Source: Candidatus Bipolaricaulota bacterium (GTDB lineage: Bacteria; Bipolaricaulota; Bipolaricaulia; UBA7950; UBA9294). Taken from it: 32,509 nucleotides of DNA. Below, piece after piece: positions 1-6,229 of the stretch. Where the stretch lies: NCBI GenBank assembly GCA_021129875.1, contig JAJOKK010000079.1:1-32509 (forward strand), given 5' to 3'. A program made the position numbers and the translations under genes. Under the pieces are notes generated by a model. That model was given only the letters and a program-made list of their open reading frames with translations, was not told the origin of the DNA and searched no databases. The stretch's first letter is position 1. Every line of letters starts with the position of its first letter.

Positions 1-846
1 CCGTCGGGAGACCTCCCCTCGGGAGACCTCCCCGATTGTCGCGGTTTTTTGCAACTGCTCGATTACTTCCAGAAACTCCTGCTCCATTCCCGGGGCTACG
101 TATACTTTGAAGTAGATCTCCCCGTTTTGTAGCTGGTAGTCGCGTCGTACGTTCGCCATGCCGTCGTAGGCGCTTAAGATCGCATCGATAAAGTGGATCT
201 CGTCCTTGGTGGTGTTGATCCAGTAGACGATCGCGTCTTGTATCGGCGCGCTACGGCTTTCCATCGATTTTTCAAGGTGGGAGATCGTCTTTAACAGGGC
301 GATCTCTGGGTCAATCCCGGCGTTCCATGCTGCGGCAATGGCGGCAAGGATCTGCCGGCCGGCTGCGGCTTCGTCTGTGGGATGATCTTCTCTGTTAAGC
401 AGGGTTACTTCATTGTCTAGGCGCGAGACGAGCTTCCGTGCTGCCAGGATGGCCGGGAGGCGATGTTTCACTTTCCCTTCGGCTTTTTTCACCGCTGCCC
501 ACGTGCGCTCTATCGACTGGAGGTCGTCAGCAGCGTCGCCAAAGACGTGTGGGTGGCGGCGGATCAGCTTCTGTGCTAGAAGATCGATCACTTCGTCGCG
601 CGAAAATTTTCCCGCTTCTTCGGCGATCCGACAGTGGAGGAGGACTTGCAGTAGGAGGTCCCCCAGTTCGTCGGCAAGGGCTGACGGGTCTTCCGCATCG
701 ATCGCTGCGATCACTTCGTGTGCTTCTTCCAATACGTACGGCCTAAGCGTTCGGTGATCCTGAGCACGGTCCCACGGGCACCCGTTTTCAGAGCGCAACT
801 GTGCGATCAGCGCGATAAGGTCGTCGAACGACTTACGGCTGGTCAC
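1..846 (-). CDS. mazG: MazG-family NTP pyrophosphohydrolase fused in frame to a DUF4911-like C-terminal region. Partial: the 3' end leaves the window.
   Basis: Absent from the ORF track because no stop lies inside the window. My translation of the minus strand (codons on plus positions 3k+1..3k+3) is stop-free from 846 to 1. It reads (V)TSRKSFDDLIALIAQLRSENGCPWDRAQDHRTLRPYVLEEAHEVIAAI..ELGDLLLQV..RRHPHVFGD (MazG signatures), then ..IHFIDAILSAYDGMANVRRDYQLQNGEIYFKVYVAPGMEQEFLEVIEQL. Start placed at GTG 844-846 because there is no in-frame ATG before GCPWD; the start is uncertain. Confidence 0.7.
   Translation of the reverse strand, partial: MTSRKSFDDLIALIAQLRSENGCPWDRAQDHRTLRPYVLEEAHEVIAAIDAEDPSALADELGDLLLQVLLHCRIAEEAGKFSRDEVIDLLAQKLIRRHPHVFGDAADDLQSIERTWAAVKKAEGKVKHRLPAILAARKLVSRLDNEVTLLNREDHPTDEAAAGRQILAAIAAAWNAGIDPEIALLKTISHLEKSMESRSAPIQDAIVYWINTTKDEIHFIDAILSAYDGMANVRRDYQLQNGEIYFKVYVAPGMEQEFLEVIEQLQKTATIGEVSRGEVSRR
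4..33. repeat. Perfect in-frame 15-bp tandem duplication inside the mazG-like gene.
   Basis: TCGGGAGACCTCCCC x2, encoding GEVSR GEVSR. Confidence 0.9.
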
Positions 847-3496
847 TCTCTCTCGGCGGCTCTTGCGGTTCGATCGTCTCACTCGGGGTCTGTACAGGTG
901 CGACGGGCTCTGGCGGGGTCGGTACTGTGCCGCCGGCTTGAATCAGTAGCGCGTTCACTTCGGCGGTTCGGTGGTATGGATCATCTTGCACGATCCTCTC
1001 CAATCTCCCCAGTGCTCGCGCGTCCTCCCCGTCTGCTAGATGGAGCACGGCCAGCTCGAAGAGGGCATCGAGCCCTGCTGCTGTCAATGGGCGACCACGG
1101 CCGGCTTGTAGCTGGCTGATATCCACGATCTTCTCGTGGATCGCGCTCTTTTCAGCTGCGGATGGCGCGTGGAGGAGGCCCCGGTAGAGGTAGGCGATCG
1201 CGGTGTCGTACTCGGTCCGCCACTTGTAGGCATCGGCAATATTGCGGAGGGCTTGGAGCGAGTCCGGCTGTACTTCGAGGATCGCGGCGTATTGCCTGAT
1301 CGCTGCGCTCCACATGAATAGCTGGGCGTGAACATCAGCTAGTCTGAACCGCATCTCCAGGTTGTCGGGGGCGAGTTCGACTATCTTCTCGCCGAGTTCT
1401 CGTTTGCGGCCGATGTCGAAGCTGCGGGTGAAGGCTAGCTCATAGTTGACTATCGCCCCGTCGGTATCCCCTTGTAGGAGCAAAACTCCTGCTAGGCCGG
1501 CAAAGGCTTCAACTTGGTGCGGTGCACGCAGGATTACGTGCTGGAACTTCTCCTTTGCTTGGTCCAACTCTCCTACGGCGAGGTGGGTCTGTCCTTTGGA
1601 GATGAATAGGTCGATCGGGCCGCCGTGGTCGAACGCTGTGGTGTGCCGCTCGAGCGCTCTCTCTTTGTATGCGGTGATCTCACCGGCGAGGGCGGTCAGC
1701 CGTTCTTCTTCGGCAGGGGTGCGGTCGCTCTTCACGGTCAACTGAGCACGCTCGTCGATCGCCGCTGCCATCCGCATGTAAGCAAGGTCCCCTTGGCTGA
1801 CGAGCAGCCGCATGTTCTCCGGGCGAAGTTGTTCTAACTCGGCGAGGAGCTGTTCCGCTTCGTCCAACTGGTTGAGGACGAGGTGAACCTCGGCAAGCTT
1901 GCCCATCACACCGATGCTGCCGGGGCGCAGGTCGAGTGCGGTCTGGTACCGCTCAACGGCGAGCCTGTACATCCCAATCTCCATAGCTACGTCGCCGGAG
2001 GCGATGAATGCGGCAAGGAACTCCGGGTCGATGTCGATCACTTCTTGAAAACGATGGTGTGCCCCAAAGTAGTCCCCTCTTCCAACGAGGAGTTTCCCAT
2101 GTAAGTAAATCGCAGTGGTGCTGTCCGGGGCGAGCGCAAGGATCCGCTCGAGGAACCGTTCGTCGGGATCAATCTCTTTCAGTACCTCTAGGTAGAGTGC
2201 GAGGGTCCTTGCTTTGTACTCAGCGGTTGAGAGGGTCAGTCTCTCGATTTGAGCAATCTCTTCCTCACTCGGCTCGGCTTTTGCTTTCAGCGCTTCCTTC
2301 TCTTCTACCGCGGCGATCAGCTTTGCCTCGTAGATGCGCCCGATGTAGTAGGGGAGATATGGATCGGCCGAAATTCCTTCCGCTTTCACTGCTTCGAATG
2401 CGGCTAACCCTAGTGCCAGGTCTTCCTGCTGCTGGATGACCGCGGCGATCAGAGGCATGTGGATCTCCACTTGCGCCTGAGCGTAGACGCCGGCGTACCA
2501 GTCGCTAAACCTCTGCTCCTCTGCTTCCCTGGTATAGTCGGCAAGGACCCTGCCTCTGATCTCGTCAAGGGTCGGGGTGTGCGCCGGCCTGCGGTCGGTG
2601 AGCGTGATAATGTGGTGCCCGAACTGGGTGGCGACGATCCCGCTCATCTCGCCGACTTCAAGGGGGAATGCCGCCGCATCAAACTCCGGGACCATCCTCC
2701 CGCGGGTGAACCAGCTCAGGTCTCCCCCCCGGGCGGCGCTCGGACAGGTTGAATGTTCCGTGGCAAGCGCGGCGAAGTCTCCCCCGGCGGCGAGGAGGGC
2801 GAGCACTTCCTGCGCGTGCTCTTCGTCCTCGACAAGGATGTGCGAGGCGCGAACTTCTTCCTCTGTTTCGTAACGGGCGATATTCTCCTGTAAAAATGCT
2901 TCAAGCTCTTCGTCGGTCGGTGCGATCTCGCCGATCACTGCCTCACGCAGAGCCTGGTTCCGCAGCTGCACTTCCACCTCTGTTCGCATATCGTCCTGGA
3001 ACTGATCGAGGGTCGTCCCCCGGCCGACGAGAAAGTCGATGAGTTGTTCTTCGGTGATGTTGAACCGGGTAAGGAGTCTGTCGTACTGCGCGGAGAATTC
3101 GGCGTCGATCTCGCTTCGAGGGACCCTGATGTTGAGCTCTCCGGCTTGCTTCGCGTAGATCTCCTGCCTGATCAATCCTTGTAATGCATGTGTTCGCACC
3201 TGTAACCGTAACAGCGCTCCACTCGCCCCGGTAAAGAGATCTCCCGGGTCCATCCCCATCCGCCGCTGGTGCTGGATGTACTGATTTTTCAAGTTTTCGG
3301 AGGCCTGATCCAGCATCTCCCGCGTGATCTGCCTTCCGTCCACCTCGGCGGCGATCGCCGGGCCTGCTGCTTCGGCCGGTCTCCGTTCGAAGATCCCGGC
3401 CTGATCAAGGCCGATCAGACCAACGCCACTGATGAAAAAGCCGACGACAACCGTCCAAATAATTACCTTCTTATGTCGCTCGAATAAACGTTGCAT
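833..3496 (-). CDS. Membrane-anchored parvulin-type peptidyl-prolyl isomerase (PpiD/SurA-N-like N-terminus) with a roughly 540-aa C-terminal TPR-like region.
   Basis: 887-aa ORF with ATG at 3496 preceded by AAAGGAG. N-terminal TM helix VIIWTVVVGFFISGVGLIGL. Parvulin core ASHILV..GGDLSWFTRGRMVPEFD..FGHHIITL. The rest is helical-repeat sequence. Confidence 0.8.
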   Translation of the reverse strand: MQRLFERHKKVIIWTVVVGFFISGVGLIGLDQAGIFERRPAEAAGPAIAAEVDGRQITREMLDQASENLKNQYIQHQRRMGMDPGDLFTGASGALLRLQVRTHALQGLIRQEIYAKQAGELNIRVPRSEIDAEFSAQYDRLLTRFNITEEQLIDFLVGRGTTLDQFQDDMRTEVEVQLRNQALREAVIGEIAPTDEELEAFLQENIARYETEEEVRASHILVEDEEHAQEVLALLAAGGDFAALATEHSTCPSAARGGDLSWFTRGRMVPEFDAAAFPLEVGEMSGIVATQFGHHIITLTDRRPAHTPTLDEIRGRVLADYTREAEEQRFSDWYAGVYAQAQVEIHMPLIAAVIQQQEDLALGLAAFEAVKAEGISADPYLPYYIGRIYEAKLIAAVEEKEALKAKAEPSEEEIAQIERLTLSTAEYKARTLALYLEVLKEIDPDERFLERILALAPDSTTAIYLHGKLLVGRGDYFGAHHRFQEVIDIDPEFLAAFIASGDVAMEIGMYRLAVERYQTALDLRPGSIGVMGKLAEVHLVLNQLDEAEQLLAELEQLRPENMRLLVSQGDLAYMRMAAAIDERAQLTVKSDRTPAEEERLTALAGEITAYKERALERHTTAFDHGGPIDLFISKGQTHLAVGELDQAKEKFQHVILRAPHQVEAFAGLAGVLLLQGDTDGAIVNYELAFTRSFDIGRKRELGEKIVELAPDNLEMRFRLADVHAQLFMWSAAIRQYAAILEVQPDSLQALRNIADAYKWRTEYDTAIAYLYRGLLHAPSAAEKSAIHEKIVDISQLQAGRGRPLTAAGLDALFELAVLHLADGEDARALGRLERIVQDDPYHRTAEVNALLIQAGGTVPTPPEPVAPVQTPSETIEPQEPPRESDQP

Positions 3497-3628
3497 ATCT
3501 TATCACTCCTTTGCCGGCGGGCTTTACATCCCGCCTAGATAGTACTAATGGCGAACAGCTCTGACAAGGGGGCGGGGTGCCAGGGTGGCCGGCTTGCGCA
3601 GGTCACGGCACCTGCCCGGTTTCGCTCT

Positions 3629-3916
3629 CTACACGCTCTCTCTTCTGTATATGGGGTGGCGCGTGCGGATCGCAAAACGGATCGCTGTCCTCTCCTCCCC
3701 GTCGATGCTGACGGCTGTAAAACTTGGAATAAAGTAAAGATCGACGCCATTCGATGCCAGATAGCCGCGGGCGATCGCGATCGCCTTCACCGTCTGGTTC
3801 ACCGCCCGTGTGCCGATCACCTGTGCTTCGACTCTACCCAGATTACGGACGCCGTTGGCGATCGCACCGGCGACTGCACCGGGATTGGATAATGACGAAA
3901 CCTTTAAGATCTCCAT
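3629..3916 (-). CDS. spoVS: SpoVS-family protein.
   Basis: 95-aa ORF MEILKVSSLSNPGAVAGAIANGVRNLGRVEAQVIGTRAVNQTVKAIAIARGYL.., typical of SpoVS. It lies just downstream of rny, as in Bacillus. Confidence 0.85.
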   Translation of the reverse strand: MEILKVSSLSNPGAVAGAIANGVRNLGRVEAQVIGTRAVNQTVKAIAIARGYLASNGVDLYFIPSFTAVSIDGEERTAIRFAIRTRHPIYRRESV

Positions 3917-3953
3917 TCTATGCCCCTGGATCTCTAGACATTAATTCCCTCCT

Positions 3954-5492
3954 TTACTTCGCGCTCTCCGTAAACTGTGTCTTACGGATAACGTTCACCT
4001 TGATCTCTCCGGGATAGCGCAGATCTTCTTCGATTGCTCGGGCGATGGCGTAGGCCAGTTTGGCGGACATGTCATCGCTCGCCCGATCCGGCTGCACCAT
4101 CACCCGCACCTCGCGGCCGGCTTGTAGAGCGTAGGCCTCCTGCACTGCAGGGAAGGATCGGCAGAGATCTTCCAGCTCGTGCAGGCGCCGGATGTACCGT
4201 TCGAATGTCTCCTGCCGCGCTCCGGGCCGGGCGGCAGAGAGAGTGTCAGCGGCTTGGATAATGACGTCAAGGGCGCTGGTCGGAGCAATATCTTCGTGGT
4301 GCGCGGCGATGGCGTGGACCACCTCGCTCCCCTCCCTGTACCGCCGGGCAAGGTCTGCTCCGATCAGGGCGTGCGGACCGTCAACCTCGTGATCGACCGC
4401 CTTGCCGATATCGTGCAACAGTCCGGCGCGCTTCGCCTTCTCTGCATCGATCCCCAACTCAGCGGCGAGCATCTTGGCGATCCAACTCACCTCCAACGAG
4501 TGAGCAAGCTGATTCTGCCCGTAGCTCGTCCGGTACTTCAACCGGCCGAGGAGGGTGGCCAGCTCGGGATGGATGTCAATTCCGATGTCGAACGCCGCTT
4601 TCCTCCCTTCTTCCTTAATGCGTTCCGCCAACCGCGACTTGGCCCGCTGGACTTTCTCCTCAATCTGCGCAGGATGAATCCGTCCATCCTCGATCAACCG
4701 GCCGAGCGCCATCCGCGCCACTTCGCGCCGCAACGGGTGGAAGCAGGAGAGGACAACCATCTCCGGCGTGTCGTCGACGAGAAGCTCCACCCCGGTCAAC
4801 GCCTCGAAGGTCTTGATGTTGCGCCCCTCGCGGCCGATGATCCGGCCTTTAAATTCCTCGGAGGGGATAGGAACAGAGCTTACGGTATGCCCCTCCACGT
4901 ATTCGGCGGCGTAACGCTGAACAGCGGTAGAGATGACCAGCGCGGCCCGCTGCTCAGCCTCCTCTTTCGCCCGTCGCTCGACTTCCTCGACTTTGCGCGA
5001 GAAGAAGCGTTTCGATTCAGTCTCGACCAGTTTTAACAGGTGGTCCCGCGCCTCTTGCTGGTCCCATCCCGAGATCCTCTCCAGGCGAGCCTTTCCTTCG
5101 ACAAGAAGGTCGGCCCCTGCTTTCTTCAATTGCTCGAGTTCCTCCTCATCCGCGCGGAGTGAGTCCTCAATCTGCTCCAAGTAGCTTGACTTCTGCCCCA
5201 GGCGATCTTCCCGGCGGAGGACCCTCTCCTCCATACGGGTGAATTCTTCCTCCCGGCGTTTCGCGCGGTTCTCCAGTTCCTCCCGTAGGGCCTGGATCTC
5301 CTGCTGCGCCTCGATCAGCCTCTCTTGCTTCAACTGCTCACCCTCTTGCTTCAACTGCTCAGCCTCTTCTTGCGCTGCTTGCAGGACCTCTGCCTCCTTG
5401 CGGTTGCGAGGGATGCTTCCCAGAAGGTACCCGAGGGCGAGCGCCGCCGGCAGACTTAATATCATCCCTATATTAAAAAGATTCATTCGCAT
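3954..5492 (-). CDS. rny: Ribonuclease Y.
   Basis: N-terminal TM helix, coiled-coil, KH motif (IIGREGRNIKTFEALTGV) and HD domain (HSLEV..LLHDIGKA). The longest ORF starts at GTG 5522. ATG 5492 (or 5486) follows AAAAGGGAAGTGG and begins the TM helix. Confidence 0.9.
   Translation of the reverse strand: MRMNLFNIGMILSLPAALALGYLLGSIPRNRKEAEVLQAAQEEAEQLKQEGEQLKQERLIEAQQEIQALREELENRAKRREEEFTRMEERVLRREDRLGQKSSYLEQIEDSLRADEEELEQLKKAGADLLVEGKARLERISGWDQQEARDHLLKLVETESKRFFSRKVEEVERRAKEEAEQRAALVISTAVQRYAAEYVEGHTVSSVPIPSEEFKGRIIGREGRNIKTFEALTGVELLVDDTPEMVVLSCFHPLRREVARMALGRLIEDGRIHPAQIEEKVQRAKSRLAERIKEEGRKAAFDIGIDIHPELATLLGRLKYRTSYGQNQLAHSLEVSWIAKMLAAELGIDAEKAKRAGLLHDIGKAVDHEVDGPHALIGADLARRYREGSEVVHAIAAHHEDIAPTSALDVIIQAADTLSAARPGARQETFERYIRRLHELEDLCRSFPAVQEAYALQAGREVRVMVQPDRASDDMSAKLAYAIARAIEEDLRYPGEIKVNVIRKTQFTESAK
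5322..5363. repeat. In-frame 21-bp tandem duplication inside rny.
   Basis: CTCTTGCTTCAACTGCTCACC / CTCTTGCTTCAACTGCTCAGC (20/21 identical), encoding the EQLKQEG EQLKQER coiled-coil repeat. Confidence 0.9.
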
Positions 5493-5574
5493 CCACTTCC
5501 CTTTTGTAAGTGTGTTGCGCACTGCTCCACGGTCTTGTATTCACGAAGTCGCCAACGGCGCAGTATGAATACTT

Positions 5575-5601
5575 GTCGCTTCGCTCCAGTGAAAAATGAA
5601 G
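5575..5601. repeat. 27-nt direct repeat, copy 1.
   Basis: GTCGCTTCGCTCCAGTGAAAAATGAAG versus 6054-6080 GTCGCTTCGCTCCATTGCAAAATAACG: 23/27 identical. Confidence 0.8.
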
Positions 5602-5626
5602 ATTGCAAAATGGAAAATGCAAATTG
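5587..5626. repeat. AT-rich AAAATGCAAA-type block, left arm of a 40-bp imperfect inverted repeat.
   Basis: CAGTGAAAAATGAAGATTGCAAAATGGAAAATGCAAATTG matches the reverse complement of 6167-6206 at 32/40 positions without gaps. Confidence 0.85.
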
Positions 5627-5628
5627 CA

Positions 5629-5996
5629 AGGCTCTATTAGCGTTAGCTGTTATCCTATAATGTCGGTAGCTGTGAGAGGGGGGTGCAATGCACGCTGGCA
5701 CTACGACAACTTGATTCCTAACTGCACCAGGTTCTCTCGACCCATGACCACCAACAACTGATACGAATAGCGCCAATTGCAAAGCCATTCTTTCTCCTTT
5801 CACAGTGATCACGGATTTTGTAATAATTTTAATCAATTAGGCAGCTGCATCCAAAGGTTCAAGCATTTTACCGCATCGGGGGGTGTAGTAGCCGAAGAGG
5901 GGTTTACTGCACCCCCCGAGACGGTGAAAGCTTCTGTTTGACCTCCAGTCTTGCTTTGCAACCTGCAAGGAGAAAAGGTTTGTGCAGCAGCCTGAA
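5629..5996. repeat. Dispersed non-coding element, copy A (candidate structured RNA or non-autonomous element).
   Basis: Block-wise alignable, in the same orientation, with 15248-15763. Identical strings include CACTACGACAACTT, CCTAACTGC, ATACGAATA and CCCCCCGAGACGGTGAAAGCTTCTG. Contains the 13-bp hairpin 5878-5917. Confidence 0.85.
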
Positions 5997-6053
5997 CCCC
6001 TTGCCGGGAATCGAGTCGATCCTCTCCGCCGGGTTCAGCCGATATAATGACCC

Positions 6054-6080
6054 GTCGCTTCGCTCCATTGCAAAATAACG
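6054..6080. repeat. 27-nt direct repeat, copy 2.
   Basis: See 5575-5601. Confidence 0.8.
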
Positions 6081-6084
6081 CCCT

Positions 6085-6106
6085 GGGCAGGCACAGGGGC
6101 CTGCCC
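6085..6106. other. GC hairpin (8-bp stem GGGCAGGC/GCCTGCCC, 6-nt loop); possible weak terminator of the MMPL gene.
   Basis: Read directly from the sequence. On the minus strand it is followed by AGGGCGUUAUUUUG. It lies ~125 nt after the MMPL stop. Confidence 0.3.
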
Positions 6107-6166
6107 CTACTGTCAATCCAATGTTGCTGACTGCGAACGCTACTAGTCGTTCTGTTAAATCGCTTC

Positions 6167-6206
6167 TATTTTGCATTTTTCAATTTACATTTTTCATTTT
6201 ACACTG
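6167..6206. repeat. AT-rich block, right arm of the inverted repeat.
   Basis: The reverse complement reads CAGTGTAAAATGAAAAATGTAAATTGAAAAATGCAAAATA. Confidence 0.85.
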
Positions 6207-6229
6207 ATCCATAATGCTTAACGCCGTCA

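Noticed and set aside
3497-3628. Hairpins 3516-3535 and 3598-3615 as spoVS terminators, or a small RNA gene in this spacer.
   Set aside because: The stems are short (6 bp) and have no U-tract, and no tRNA-like or other recognisable RNA signature is present. This is most likely just an operon-internal spacer.
5629-5996. Known RNA or element classes for the dispersed element: group II intron (GUGYG 5' end, domain V), hammerhead (CUGAUGA..GAAA), tmRNA or tRNA-like T-arm, RNase P, DGR template/variable repeat, retron msr/msd.
   Set aside because: None of the diagnostic cores is present or conserved between the copies. A-versus-B mismatches are not adenine-specific. No reverse transcriptase or other partner gene is nearby. 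A cmscan is still needed.
5483-6176. ORF-track ORFs in the rny-MMPL spacer (5483..5836, 117 aa; 5904..6176, 90 aa).
   Set aside because: Homologous DNA in copy B is read in a different frame and is interrupted by indels. The products are low-complexity and span hairpins and repeats.
5587-6206. A confident call of a MITE bounded by the 40-bp inverted repeats.
   Set aside because: No target-site duplication is visible outside the arms, and only this one bounded unit can be seen in the window. It is reported as a hypothesis rather than as a mobile_element feature.
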